Shown here piece by piece: positions 19,865-29,845 of a stretch of 64,000 nt of DNA; position 1 is the first letter of the stretch, and each line of letters starts with the position of its first letter. The translations under genes were made by a program, and so were the position numbers. The notes under the pieces were generated by a model that was given only the letters and a program-made list of their open reading frames with translations, had not been told where the DNA came from and searched no databases. This DNA comes from an uncultured Candidatus Woesearchaeota archaeon (GTDB lineage Archaea > Nanobdellota > Nanobdellia > Woesearchaeales > GW2011-AR9), in the NCBI GenBank assembly GCA_902529885.1, contig CABZYC010000001.1, forward strand, positions 89,719-153,718. Reading direction: 5' to 3'.

Positions 19865-20278
19865 TTAAGACATGACTTCCATTCTTTTATTACTTTCTAT
19901 TCGTGCTTCTAATTCAGATACAATTTTCCGAGGATTTTTCATTGGAGGAAAAACAAGGTTTTCTGTCCCACTATTACTACGGAGGATAATAATACCATAC
20001 CCTAACAATCGTTGCCATAAATGTTGTCTTACACTAATATCACTTACATTCTCAAGGTATATTGCGTGAATGTTTCGGTTTAAAATACCGTGCACAACAC
20101 TTATTTTACTATCGTCAAATAAAATGTGTGTTCGGACCCGCATTAATTCTGCATAAGCAACGCAAACACCAGATAAAGGAAGAAAAAAAATGATATTCTC
20201 CATGAAAGCCACTAATAAACAAAATATTGCGAGTGTATATTCTAACACATACTTTCTTCGACAGGATCTGACTTTCAT
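19865..20278 (-). CDS. Bacterial PH-domain (bPH_2/YdbS-like) membrane protein
   Basis: Two TM helices, HGILNR, ISDISVRQHLWQRLLGYGII. Confidence 0.85.
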   Translation of the reverse strand: MKVRSCRRKYVLEYTLAIFCLLVAFMENIIFFLPLSGVCVAYAELMRVRTHILFDDSKISVVHGILNRNIHAIYLENVSDISVRQHLWQRLLGYGIIILRSNSGTENLVFPPMKNPRKIVSELEARIESNKRMEVMS

Positions 20279-20356
20279 AAACAGCGTAATTAAAACACAT
20301 ATATATTGATATGGGTAAACAGAAGATATAAAAATGAAAATGTATACCCTACTAGT

Positions 20357-20611
20357 ATGTCCATGTTAGGTAAACTAAACATTTTACGTTTTTTCAAAGA
20401 AGATGATAAGGAATACGATAACCGTTTCTTAAAATTTTATCATCAAAATAAAAAACGGCTTAACAAAGAAAGACGGTCAAAGTACCAAATCCATAAAGAA
20501 AAAGGTTTATGCGTTAGATGTAATAAACATGCAGTAGCAGGCATTGTATTTTGTGAGTATCATAAAAGTAAACAAAAAGGGTATAATGCAAAAGCAAGAG
20601 AAAAAGATTAA
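20357..20611 (+). CDS. Small basic protein with C-x2-C...C-x2-H zinc finger
   Basis: KEKGLCVRC...FCEYH; Lys/Arg-rich; ATG 20357 chosen. Confidence 0.7.
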   Translation: MSMLGKLNILRFFKEDDKEYDNRFLKFYHQNKKRLNKERRSKYQIHKEKGLCVRCNKHAVAGIVFCEYHKSKQKGYNAKAREKD

Positions 20612-22068
20612 TTTACTACGTACGCACCTTGCACATACTTTTTTGCCAAATTTAGTTTTGTTTCATTCTCTGCATAGATCGTGTACAAAATATCTTGTTT
20701 TTGAACGCTTGAACCTATCTTACGATGAATAAAAATTCCTGCACCCTTATCTAAAGGTGCACCTGCAGTCCGCGCAATTTTTGAGATAATTTTATTATTA
20801 ATTGCAATTATCTTCCCTTCAGAACTAGAACGAACATTATACCTGTATTGTCCAAGCTTCGGTTTTCTGCATGGGCCTTGTAACGCAATTATATCTTTCA
20901 TTTTTTGCCATGCTGCCCCGGACTCTAGCAATTCTGTTGCTAAATCCTTAGGTTTGCCTGCTAACTCAAGCAAATGTTCAGTTAACAAAATACTTTTATC
21001 ACGTAAGTCTTGTGGGGCTAATGGATCATTTCGTAACACAGCAATAACGTCTTCAGCTTCAAGTAATGGTCCAACCCCTCTTCCTATTGGTTGAGAACCA
21101 TCAGTAACAATCACTTTTACGTGCATGCCTAAACGCTGACCGACATCTTCAAACAACCGTTGTAACCTACGCGCGTCACGTTTAGATTTGACTTTTACAT
21201 CTGGCCCCATAGGAATATCAATTAAAACATGTGTAGCACTAACACTATACTTCTTAGCCATGACTGAAGCAACAAGTTGACCTTCTGCATCTATAGACAT
21301 AGGACTTTCAACCAAAATGATTTTATCATCTGCAGGAGCAAGGTTCATGCTCCCACCGTGAACCAAACAACCTTTAACTTGTTTTACAATATCCAATATC
21401 TTTTTTTGGGGTAACTCAACTTTTGCCAAACATTCCATTGTGTCTGCTGTACCAGCAGGACTTGTTATAGCCCTACTACTCGTTTTAGCAATTGTTAACC
21501 CTGCAGCCGCTAAAATTGGTACAACAATCATGCTAGTACGATTGTTGGGGACACCACCAATACAATGTTTATCTAACGTCACACCACGAAACGATATCTT
21601 GTCTCCCGTAGCAACCATTGCTTTAGTTAGATCAACTATTTCTTGGCTTGATAAACCATGTATGTAACAAGCAGATACAAAATAAGTTTTTTCAATATCA
21701 GTTAAACGATCAGCAGTAATATCCTTAACTATACTTAACAATTCTTTATAATGTAAAGAATTGCCGTTTAACTTATCACGTATAAATTCAACTGAGTCAG
21801 GTTTACCTGAAAATGTAACTTGAATCTTTGTACCAGTACGAATATGCAAAATCTTGCACACATCTTTAAACAAAGCAAGTGTCCCAGGTTTAACTAGGGT
21901 TATATCCGAAGTTATGTCAAGTATAACTGTCAAAGAAGATTTTTTGGTAGATAATTTAATACGATCTGAATGTTGAAAATCGTACAAATCTGCGTCTTTC
22001 TTATGCATGACTGCAACAAGAGTTTGCCCAGTACTAATGTCAAGTCGTTCAACCCTAAAATCTACCAT
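20608..22068 (-). CDS. deoA: AMP phosphorylase (archaeal thymidine-phosphorylase family)
   Basis: N-terminal double-psi barrel, DKHCIGGVP, KTSSRAITSPAGTAD, LAPADD, DGSQPIGRGVGP. Confidence 0.95.
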   Translation of the reverse strand: MVDFRVERLDISTGQTLVAVMHKKDADLYDFQHSDRIKLSTKKSSLTVILDITSDITLVKPGTLALFKDVCKILHIRTGTKIQVTFSGKPDSVEFIRDKLNGNSLHYKELLSIVKDITADRLTDIEKTYFVSACYIHGLSSQEIVDLTKAMVATGDKISFRGVTLDKHCIGGVPNNRTSMIVVPILAAAGLTIAKTSSRAITSPAGTADTMECLAKVELPQKKILDIVKQVKGCLVHGGSMNLAPADDKIILVESPMSIDAEGQLVASVMAKKYSVSATHVLIDIPMGPDVKVKSKRDARRLQRLFEDVGQRLGMHVKVIVTDGSQPIGRGVGPLLEAEDVIAVLRNDPLAPQDLRDKSILLTEHLLELAGKPKDLATELLESGAAWQKMKDIIALQGPCRKPKLGQYRYNVRSSSEGKIIAINNKIISKIARTAGAPLDKGAGIFIHRKIGSSVQKQDILYTIYAENETKLNLAKKYVQGAYVVN

Positions 22069-22084
22069 CTATTTGAGGACGTAA

Positions 22085-22927
22085 CTACTTCTCATTTTTA
22101 TATATTGTGGTATCTTTGTTTGACACTGTATGCTCAATTGTAGTAAAAGGTACGACTATAGAATTATTTATTGGAACTAGAACTTTGCACCCTTCATAAA
22201 CAATAATACGTTCACCACAATCTTTGTGCACACTAGATGATGGGTGCACATAAGGTAAACTGTTCAATATTTCGTGTGCATCAAAAAGTTGGTCAGGTGT
22301 ACCAACAGGCATCCAAAAATTGGCCAGAGTATAACTTAACAAATTACGGTCAAAACATAATTGGACCAAATCAGTTATTTCATATTCACCCCGTGAGCTT
22401 AATGGGACTTGATTTAATAATTCTACAGCCCGTAATGGAAAATGGTACGCACCTATGTTTGCAAGGTTACTTTTTGGGTACAAAGGTTTTTCAATAATCT
22501 TTTTTGGAACATCTCCCTCCAAAACAACTTCACCATATTGCCTAACATCATCAACCACCTTAACCAAAATGCTAGGTTGACTTGCCAAATTTTTAATATC
22601 GTCTACACCGTATAAATCGTCTGAATTAAACACTAAAAAATTTTTCCTAAGTTTAGGCTTAGCAACTTTTAGTGCACCAGCGGTCCCGTTGAGTTCATGT
22701 TGGTGAACATAAGTTACACGAACACCTGCGTAACTCTCACCAATACACGCTTTCACTTTATCTGCAAGGTGCCCAATTACAATAATAAACTCCTCCACGA
22801 AATCTAAAGAATCTAATAAGTAACACAAGATTGGTTTCCCTGCAACTTCCACAAGTGGTTTTGGCACACTTTGGGTCAAAGGTAGTAATCGTTTCCCTTT
22901 ACCAGCAGCTAGAATTACGGCTTGCAT
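22085..22927 (-). CDS. Sugar-phosphate nucleotidyltransferase (GlmU/RmlA-like)
   Basis: AVILAAGKGKRLLPLT..PKPL, NGTAGAL, EKP, RGEYEITD. Confidence 0.92.
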   Translation of the reverse strand: MQAVILAAGKGKRLLPLTQSVPKPLVEVAGKPILCYLLDSLDFVEEFIIVIGHLADKVKACIGESYAGVRVTYVHQHELNGTAGALKVAKPKLRKNFLVFNSDDLYGVDDIKNLASQPSILVKVVDDVRQYGEVVLEGDVPKKIIEKPLYPKSNLANIGAYHFPLRAVELLNQVPLSSRGEYEITDLVQLCFDRNLLSYTLANFWMPVGTPDQLFDAHEILNSLPYVHPSSSVHKDCGERIIVYEGCKVLVPINNSIVVPFTTIEHTVSNKDTTIYKNEK

Positions 22928-22953
22928 ACCACCTTTCTGTGTATAAGACTTAT

Positions 22954-23391
22954 TTATATCTTGTGAACATACTCACTTATACAATCATACTCTTCATTGG
23001 CACAATCATGCTCAGTCTCGATTGGTAAGTTAGCATACTTCCCATGCAAAAACAATACTGTATAATGCCCTGCAAGGTTACCGTAACGAATTTCTGCATC
23101 ACGGCGGTTCCCAAGAACGATTGATGAAGGATACAATTTGAACACAGAAAATTTCTGTTTGTTTTCTGAAACAACATGTATAGCGCTAGCACTTTTTTTA
23201 AGTCCAAGAATACGCATCTTTTTCATTTGTAATAAAGGATCACCTGTGGTTACAAACACACAATCATGCTCAGTACAAAAATTCTTAACGCCACTAAAAG
23301 GTTTAATGTTCATTAAATTTTGAAGAGTGTCATCTAACTGTTCAGTCCGACTATAAACTGTGTCATCTATATCCACTAAATATGTTTGCAT
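22954..23391 (-). CDS. Small HAD-superfamily hydrolase
   Basis: Motif I DIDDT, motif II VTTG, motif IV GNRRDAEI..GN.AG. Confidence 0.82.
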   Translation of the reverse strand: MQTYLVDIDDTVYSRTEQLDDTLQNLMNIKPFSGVKNFCTEHDCVFVTTGDPLLQMKKMRILGLKKSASAIHVVSENKQKFSVFKLYPSSIVLGNRRDAEIRYGNLAGHYTVLFLHGKYANLPIETEHDCANEEYDCISEYVHKI

Positions 23392-24158
23392 AATGCCTCC
23401 TTATATTTGTGTGGGCATGGAACACTGTTAACAGTTAGCATATCAACAACGATACGCGAGTCATGCACAACCTGAAAATCGTACGAAGAATCAGTAAGGT
23501 ACACATCTATCTTCCGGCCAAGATATTGTTCCATTACATCAATATGATCTTTAGTGGTCCAACCTTTGGTCTCACCTAATTTCTGTTTTTGGTTCCCACA
23601 CAAAATTATCTTTTTATCACTCACCCATTCTTTAAACCCGTCAACTAAAAAGTTTGGAAGTATGCTTGTCCACACATCACCTGGAGCAATAATGAGTGTT
23701 GTCGCAAAAGGTTTTACGCACAGCATAGCAGGTTTATTTAATGTTAAAGAGACAGGGTTACCATGTTCACCATCAGACGTATCAATTAAATGTTCCCCAG
23801 TAAGACTTGTTGAACGATAATGTGCAATTAAATGCCGGTCATCATTAGTTATAGGGTAAACATTCGTTTGCACAGAATAAAGTTTTCGAACATAATTTAC
23901 TGATTCCAATAAATTTTCACCTTTATTAAGCCTTGATTGTAACAGAAGGTTCCCTAAAGGATGCGTGCCTGGCCTATACTCCAAACTTGACCCTAGAGAA
24001 GATAATACTTTTCGAATATCCCCCACTGCAGGAGTCCCATTACGCAGTTTACCAGTAGACCCCCCACTATCAAAGACATTTATTAGATACTGTGCATTAG
24101 GAAAAACTTTGGCTAAAAAAGATGTACCATTCCCACCACCAAGTATCACTATAGTCAT
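23376..24158 (-). CDS. YvcK/CofD-like (UPF0052) protein
   Basis: GGGNG, DSGGSTGKLR, GDIRK, HPLGNL, PGDVWTSILPN, GET; start ATG 24158. Confidence 0.88.
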   Translation of the reverse strand: MTIVILGGGNGTSFLAKVFPNAQYLINVFDSGGSTGKLRNGTPAVGDIRKVLSSLGSSLEYRPGTHPLGNLLLQSRLNKGENLLESVNYVRKLYSVQTNVYPITNDDRHLIAHYRSTSLTGEHLIDTSDGEHGNPVSLTLNKPAMLCVKPFATTLIIAPGDVWTSILPNFLVDGFKEWVSDKKIILCGNQKQKLGETKGWTTKDHIDVMEQYLGRKIDVYLTDSSYDFQVVHDSRIVVDMLTVNSVPCPHKYKEALCKHI

Positions 24159-24216
24159 GTTTAAAGACGAAAAAATGTGTTTTTTATACTTTATGGAGCT
24201 AAGCACAATCAAAATG

Positions 24217-24224
24217 TTTATAAA
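24217..24224 (+). promoter_or_regulatory. TATA box of rps19e operon
   Basis: TTTATAAA 31 nt upstream of ATG 24248. Confidence 0.6.
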
Positions 24225-24247
24225 TGGATGTCTTTCTTGCCTATTCT

Positions 24248-24694
24248 ATGACACAAATACTCGCAGTCAATCCACACAAACTGATCTTGCAGGTAGCAAA
24301 AGAGTTAGAAAAAGAGTCAGCTATCTCACAACCTGAATGGAGCAAGTTTGTTAAAACCGGTCACCACAAACAAAGGTTACCTTTATTAGATAATTGGTGG
24401 CACGTTCGTTCAGCAGCAATCCTACGTACAATTGCACGTATTGGGCCTGTTGGCACTGAAAAACTACGTACAAAGTATGGTGGACGTAAAAATCGTGGGC
24501 ACAAACCTGATCGACGATACAAAGCATCGGGTTCAGTTATTAGAAAATCTTTGCAGCAACTTGAAAGTGCAGGGTTAATTCAACAGAAAGAAGTTTCAGG
24601 GCATAAAGGAAGAGTTCTTACACCAAAAGGAGTAAGTTTACTTGACAAAACTGCGATTGGAATTATGAAAGAGGAAAAAAATGGCTCGAAATAA
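24248..24694 (+). CDS. rps19e: 30S ribosomal protein S19e
   Basis: PEWSKFVKTG, WWHVRSAAILR, YGGRKNRG, LQQLE. Confidence 0.97.
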   Translation: MTQILAVNPHKLILQVAKELEKESAISQPEWSKFVKTGHHKQRLPLLDNWWHVRSAAILRTIARIGPVGTEKLRTKYGGRKNRGHKPDRRYKASGSVIRKSLQQLESAGLIQQKEVSGHKGRVLTPKGVSLLDKTAIGIMKEEKNGSK

Positions 24695-24854
24695 ACATCC
24701 TTCATTAAAACAAAAACTGCACAAGTTTGGTACCCAACACAAATGGGCACCATTCTGGACCGTAGTAAAGATTTATGGGAAAGGTAAAAGAGTACACCCT
24801 TCTCAACACACTGCTGTAAAACGTCATTGGCGACGAAACAATTTAAAGATCTAA
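24681..24854 (+). CDS. rpl39e: 50S ribosomal protein L39e (missed by ORF track)
   Basis: Manual translation MARNKHPSLKQKLHKFGTQHKWAPFWTVVKIYGKGKRVHPSQHTAVKRHWRRNNLKI*; RHWRR signature; precedes rpl31e. Confidence 0.92.
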   Translation: MARNKHPSLKQKLHKFGTQHKWAPFWTVVKIYGKGKRVHPSQHTAVKRHWRRNNLKI

Positions 24855-24855
24855 A

Positions 24856-25116
24856 ATGGAACGAGTATACACTATCCCCCTACGAAGAGAGTACAGGAAA
24901 GCTGCAATATGGCGTCGTACTAAACGTGCAATGAACGAAGTTAGAACTTTTTTATCAAAGCACATGAAAAGTGATGATGTCCGTATTGGAACTGACGTGA
25001 ACGAGTTTCTATGGAAGCACGGTGGAAAAAACCCGCCACACAAAGTTAAAGTAACTGTTACAAAAGATGAAAACAATGTTGTAAAAGCATCATTGTTTAC
25101 ACAATCAAATGGTTAA
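24856..25116 (+). CDS. rpl31e: 50S ribosomal protein L31e
   Basis: ERVYTIPLR, RTKRA, NEFLW..G.KNPP. Confidence 0.97.
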   Translation: MERVYTIPLRREYRKAAIWRRTKRAMNEVRTFLSKHMKSDDVRIGTDVNEFLWKHGGKNPPHKVKVTVTKDENNVVKASLFTQSNG

Positions 25117-25933
25117 CCCTTTAACCCACATATTTTTTTCTCATACTCTACTTGACCACCACATTACAAACGAAGAGGATGCAATAAGTTTATCCATTGG
25201 AAGCATATTACCCGACATCTGTTTATCAGGGCTTATCCCTTACAATTCCACACATACAAAAAATGTTGAGTTTTTAGAATGGTGCATTACTAGAGAAGAA
25301 AAAATTGCAGCGATTGCAGCCATTACGCATGCAGAAAAACCGTACGGGATTGACCATTATACACATAACACTAACGGATTTATTCATACACACCATGATA
25401 AAGTCAAAAGTATTTTACTGAAATACCCTTACTTTAACAACGCAAACATGATGACCGTACACCATTGTATCGAATTCATAATAGACCACCTACTTGTTGA
25501 AAAGTACCCAGATCTTCCTTTGAAAGCAGTTAAACACTTACAAAGTGATAAAGCACAAAAAATCGTGCACAAGTATACAGAGTTCCATTCATTGTCCGTG
25601 AAGGACAGAGTTAAAATTAATAAGATTTTCAAACATAAACTTCTTCAAAAGTATCTTTTACAGTTCGGATCTATCAAAGGTACTGCCAAAAACTGGCAAA
25701 CTATCAGAAATTATTATACTATCAAAAAGCATGCAAGAAGTAAAAGTGAACAGTTAAAGTTGCTTGCTAAATTAGGCACAAAACATATCCTTTCAATCCA
25801 TAAAATACCAGAAATAATTTGTGCGTTTACAGAAGTAAAAGAATATCTTAACGAATATTACGAAGAATTTATCAACGACACACTAGAAAATGTTAACCAC
25901 ATTGTAAAAAAATATGAATCACATCTTAACTGA
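25109..25933 (+). CDS. Putative zinc-dependent phospholipase C/P1-nuclease-like hydrolase
   Basis: N-terminal TH, GSILPD, TH...DHYTH, HHCIEFIID metal-ligand pattern. Confidence 0.6.
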   Translation: MVNPLTHIFFSHTLLDHHITNEEDAISLSIGSILPDICLSGLIPYNSTHTKNVEFLEWCITREEKIAAIAAITHAEKPYGIDHYTHNTNGFIHTHHDKVKSILLKYPYFNNANMMTVHHCIEFIIDHLLVEKYPDLPLKAVKHLQSDKAQKIVHKYTEFHSLSVKDRVKINKIFKHKLLQKYLLQFGSIKGTAKNWQTIRNYYTIKKHARSKSEQLKLLAKLGTKHILSIHKIPEIICAFTEVKEYLNEYYEEFINDTLENVNHIVKKYESHLN

Positions 25934-26855
25934 ACAACCAACACAGTACACAGCAACAATAAGCGAATTATTAGAAGGCGGAATCATTAACATAGATAAG
26001 CCTAAAGGGCCTAGCAGCCACCAAACAAGCGATTATGTTAAGAAAATTCTGAACGTGAAAAAAGCTGGGCACAGTGGCACATTAGACCCAGCAGTCACAG
26101 GAGTACAACCTATTGCTTACGGGTGGGCAACCAGGATTATTGAATATTTTCTTACTGCCCCAAAAACTTATGTGGGCATAATGCATGTCCATAAACCTTT
26201 CACACTAAACGAGTTACAAAAAGTCGTGGAACAATTTCATGGAACAATTAAACAATTGCCACCAATCAAAAGTGCAGTAAAACGTCAAATACGTGATCGT
26301 AACATATACAAGTTAGAAATCAACGAAATTAAAGGACAAGATGTTATGTTCACAGTAACTTGTCAAGCAGGAACCTACATTAGAAAATTGTGTCATGATA
26401 TGGGTAAGGAACTAAAAAAAGGTGCGCACATGGCATCATTAAGAAGAACCAAAGCGGGACCAGTAGATGAACAAGACTGTTTAGTAACCCTTGATGACCT
26501 TCACGACGCAATGCAGTATTATAAAGAAGGGAACGATAGCATGCTAAAAACAATTATTCATCCCATCGAAATCGGTGTACGGCACCTCCCTAAAATTTAT
26601 GTTCATACTAACGCAATAAGATCTATTCAGAACGGCCGGGACCTTGCACGGCCAGGCATCATTGCATTAGACGAGTTTGATACCAATGACAAAGTTGCAG
26701 TTATGACAGACGATTCACGTCTTATTGCAGTAGGCATTGCATTAAAACCATATTATGAAGTTATAAATTCAACTAAAGGAATTGTTGTTAAAACAACTAA
26801 AGTTTTCCAGAGGGAAGTTCCACAATCTTTCCATCCCACCCTGGATTCAAAATAG
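25914..26855 (+). CDS. cbf5: H/ACA pseudouridine synthase Cbf5
   Basis: DKPKGPSSHQ, GHSGTLDP, GTYIRKLCHD, C-terminal PUA domain. Confidence 0.96.
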   Translation: MNHILTEQPTQYTATISELLEGGIINIDKPKGPSSHQTSDYVKKILNVKKAGHSGTLDPAVTGVQPIAYGWATRIIEYFLTAPKTYVGIMHVHKPFTLNELQKVVEQFHGTIKQLPPIKSAVKRQIRDRNIYKLEINEIKGQDVMFTVTCQAGTYIRKLCHDMGKELKKGAHMASLRRTKAGPVDEQDCLVTLDDLHDAMQYYKEGNDSMLKTIIHPIEIGVRHLPKIYVHTNAIRSIQNGRDLARPGIIALDEFDTNDKVAVMTDDSRLIAVGIALKPYYEVINSTKGIVVKTTKVFQREVPQSFHPTLDSK

Positions 26856-27405
26856 TTACACCGTCAACTTCTGTGCAAACACCTGCAGATTCATGTATAT
26901 GACCCGAAAGAGCGATGACAGGCAATAACCGTTTCAAGCTTCGGCGAATATCTTTACATCCTACATGGCCAATAGACAAATTGTCTAAAGGAGTACCGTA
27001 CGGTGGCTGATGAGTTAACAAAATTATTTTCTCGTTTTTATATTTATTATACCATTCCCTTGCAATCTCTCGGTATTCATCATTCTCTAATAAGAAACCG
27101 CCGCCACCATACCCTAAAAGAACATATTCGCCTATCTTTACAGACTTACGATCACAATTAGTGATGTTATCATAAGATTTGACCATCTCATTAAAACTAG
27201 TATGTTCTTCATGGTTACCCGGGATCAAATAGACTGGCTTAGGCATTTTATCAAAATGTTCTAACACCTTACGAAGGTTTTGACCCATAAAAGTAAAATC
27301 CCCACAGATTATAATACAAGTAATATCGTCTGCCTCGGCAACTTTAGACAGACGTTTAATAATACTAAAGTCCGAATGGACATCAGTAAACGTCAAGAAT
27401 TTCAT
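26797..27405 (-). CDS. Calcineurin-like metallophosphoesterase
   Basis: DVH, GD, PGNHE, THQPP, GHIHE, NPG. Confidence 0.92.
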   Translation of the reverse strand: MKFLTFTDVHSDFSIIKRLSKVAEADDITCIIICGDFTFMGQNLRKVLEHFDKMPKPVYLIPGNHEEHTSFNEMVKSYDNITNCDRKSVKIGEYVLLGYGGGGFLLENDEYREIAREWYNKYKNEKIILLTHQPPYGTPLDNLSIGHVGCKDIRRSLKRLLPVIALSGHIHESAGVCTEVDGVTILNPGWDGKIVELPSGKL

Positions 27406-27992
27406 GCAATATAACTTTCTACGTTTTGAAGCTCAACATGACGAAGAACAACATCTTTTACTGGGAAAACACTGTTTAACACTTTTTTAAGGTCACTTTG
27501 AATCTTTTTACCAATAACGTTGTTTACTAATTCATTAAACTCTGTTGCAGAAATTAAAGTAGTTAACTCTTCAACTAATTTGTTACGTAACTGTACACCA
27601 GTTGAACGTGGACTTTTACCGTATGTTAAAATTAAGCCTTTCACCAAGATTTCTTTGTCATCTTTTGTTTTGAAACTGTGCACTGCATCTACTCGAGAAC
27701 TGTTTTTACGGACCATCCGTTTAACATAACCAGAATCAAGTGTATATTCTTTAATTAAAGTGTGTAGTTGGTTACCTTCAAGTTTGTTTACTGCTAAAGT
27801 GATATATACACTCTGGTCACGCATACTACCAGTAAGGTTCCTCATGTTAACACGCATACATCGGCCTAAACCGTTTTCAGGTGCAAATAAGTATGTTTCT
27901 CCAACCTCTTTCTCCCCGAATAATGCTGGAGCATGAACAGGATACCAAGCTTTTCGCTTAGATTTTGATTTTGTTTGACGTTTAGCTGCCAT
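27402..27992 (-). CDS. rps3ae: 30S ribosomal protein S3Ae (eS1)
   Basis: KAWYPVHAPALF, NLTG, YVKRMVRK.SSRVD, VFPVK. Confidence 0.92.
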   Translation of the reverse strand: MAAKRQTKSKSKRKAWYPVHAPALFGEKEVGETYLFAPENGLGRCMRVNMRNLTGSMRDQSVYITLAVNKLEGNQLHTLIKEYTLDSGYVKRMVRKNSSRVDAVHSFKTKDDKEILVKGLILTYGKSPRSTGVQLRNKLVEELTTLISATEFNELVNNVIGKKIQSDLKKVLNSVFPVKDVVLRHVELQNVESYIA

Positions 27993-28048
27993 TTGTATTC
28001 TCACTCAGTAGCGAACTATTTAAAAAGCTTACGACTCAACTGTATATA

Positions 28049-28864
28049 ATGAACGTTTTAATCAGTAGCGATGTGGAAGGTGTGTGCGGAGTAGATGATT
28101 ACGAGTATATAAACGGCCTTGACAAAAACAAGCTTGAACAAGGCAAAAAATGGGTTACAGAAGAACTTAATGTACTTATTGACGTCTGCTTTGAAAAAGG
28201 TGCGAAAAAAGTTATGGTTGTTGATGGGCATGGGAAAGGTGACAACATTATCATGAATCTTCTTGACGACCGCGCGATGATACTTCGTAAGCATGAATAC
28301 AGAATGATCGAAGGTATCACAGACAATGTTAACTATTTAATTCTGCAGGGGTACCACGGGAAAGCCAACGTCGCAAACTCTTTTACGGCACACAGCTATT
28401 CAAGCTTCTTTTTTTCAGAAGTGCGTGTTAACGGCCGTAGTATTGGAGAATCTGAACTTAATGCTATGGTAGCTAAACAACTAGGTATCAAAACAATCTT
28501 ACTAACAGGAACAAAAGAAGCTATTAACGAATGTCAGATTAAAGGGTTACAAACAGTTGAAACTAAAGAAAGCCTATCATGGTCAACAGCACAGTCTTAT
28601 GACCAAAAAGTAGTTTTGAAAAAAATGAAAGAGAAGTGTGAACACGCATTTGACACAAAGGATTCTATTGATTACATTGACGACGAAATTTATAATGTGG
28701 AGATTGAAGTTGAATTGAACCATTTAGCAATAGCAGAATTGTTAGCATACCCACGAATTAATCCTAAAACGATTTCTTTTGATGCACCGAGTATTGAAGA
28801 TGCGTACCTAGAACTAATGCGTATTGGACAAGCATGTAAAAAGTTGTATTCAACAATTTATTGA
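28049..28864 (+). CDS. dppA: D-aminopeptidase DppA (peptidase M55)
   Basis: ISSDVEG, VVDGHG, GYHG, AHSYS, IGESELN Zn-ligand motifs; TATA box at 28019. Confidence 0.9.
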   Translation: MNVLISSDVEGVCGVDDYEYINGLDKNKLEQGKKWVTEELNVLIDVCFEKGAKKVMVVDGHGKGDNIIMNLLDDRAMILRKHEYRMIEGITDNVNYLILQGYHGKANVANSFTAHSYSSFFFSEVRVNGRSIGESELNAMVAKQLGIKTILLTGTKEAINECQIKGLQTVETKESLSWSTAQSYDQKVVLKKMKEKCEHAFDTKDSIDYIDDEIYNVEIEVELNHLAIAELLAYPRINPKTISFDAPSIEDAYLELMRIGQACKKLYSTIY

Positions 28865-29845
28865 ATTATACAATTTACTCATAAACTGGTCCACCAAATC
28901 ACGGCGACCAGCATAAATGAAGTCTTCGGTAGCAGGAGACGGATTCAATATTTCAAGTTCGCTCACATAAGGGTTAAGGTTCTCATCCGTAACAATATCA
29001 ACACGATAAAATGTAGGGTTATAACCATTATCACTGAGCCAACCACCAATATCACGAGTTAGCTCTACTTCTTTTTTGTTTGGTTCATAAGGATTAACAT
29101 CAACATGTGTTTGAGCTCTACCCCAAGCCATGATCGGCTTACCATTACCCTCATACCCGCTAAGCGTATGAATACGAGGCAAAACAATATCTTCACCTAC
29201 CACCATTAATTTACGTTCACCTCGTTCAGTGAAACCAGTCATATAAGGCTGATGAATTAGTCCCTGAGTAGTACCATAAAAGTCACCTCGCCCAAACTTG
29301 GTATACAAACCTTCTTTTTGCTCACCAGTTAACTGAGATGTTACTTCTGTTCCAATACCGCGCTCGCTAACAAGAGGTTTTACGATCCCAGTAGTTAAAC
29401 TCAATAGATGGTCTAACGATTTAACAGCAGTGGTCGGTACAACAGGTATCCCTGCTTGTTGTAACCGTAACAAATACTGTTTACTAATGAAATCTTGTAC
29501 AACGTTGTAAGGGTTATGTGTCGGAATCCCGCACTTCTGCGCACGTCGGTATAAAGCTAAAAATTCAGGCATATCATTTGTTAACGCAGTCACTCTATAC
29601 GGACTAGATTGTCCTACTGCCCCCATAAATAACACGTCCAACTCTTCAAACTTAATTTCTGATTCTCGGTAACGCCCACTATATTTTCGGCGAAGGTCAA
29701 TCATGTCACCAGTATAAATGTCTAAGCCTACAACTGGCCCTTGTTGCCTGAACGCTTTAATAAACTCACATGTTTTATCAGATATATCGTCGTACTGGTC
29801 ATTTTGTACACGGTTCAATAAGATACCCATTAATTTTTTATCCAT
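28850..29845 (-). CDS. ATP-grasp ligase (RimK/GshB/DcsG-like)
   Basis: SKQYL..L..AGIPVVPT, IVKP, QPYM, GERK, YRVDIV, SELEILNP. Confidence 0.82.
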   Translation of the reverse strand: MDKKLMGILLNRVQNDQYDDISDKTCEFIKAFRQQGPVVGLDIYTGDMIDLRRKYSGRYRESEIKFEELDVLFMGAVGQSSPYRVTALTNDMPEFLALYRRAQKCGIPTHNPYNVVQDFISKQYLLRLQQAGIPVVPTTAVKSLDHLLSLTTGIVKPLVSERGIGTEVTSQLTGEQKEGLYTKFGRGDFYGTTQGLIHQPYMTGFTERGERKLMVVGEDIVLPRIHTLSGYEGNGKPIMAWGRAQTHVDVNPYEPNKKEVELTRDIGGWLSDNGYNPTFYRVDIVTDENLNPYVSELEILNPSPATEDFIYAGRRDLVDQFMSKLYNSINC

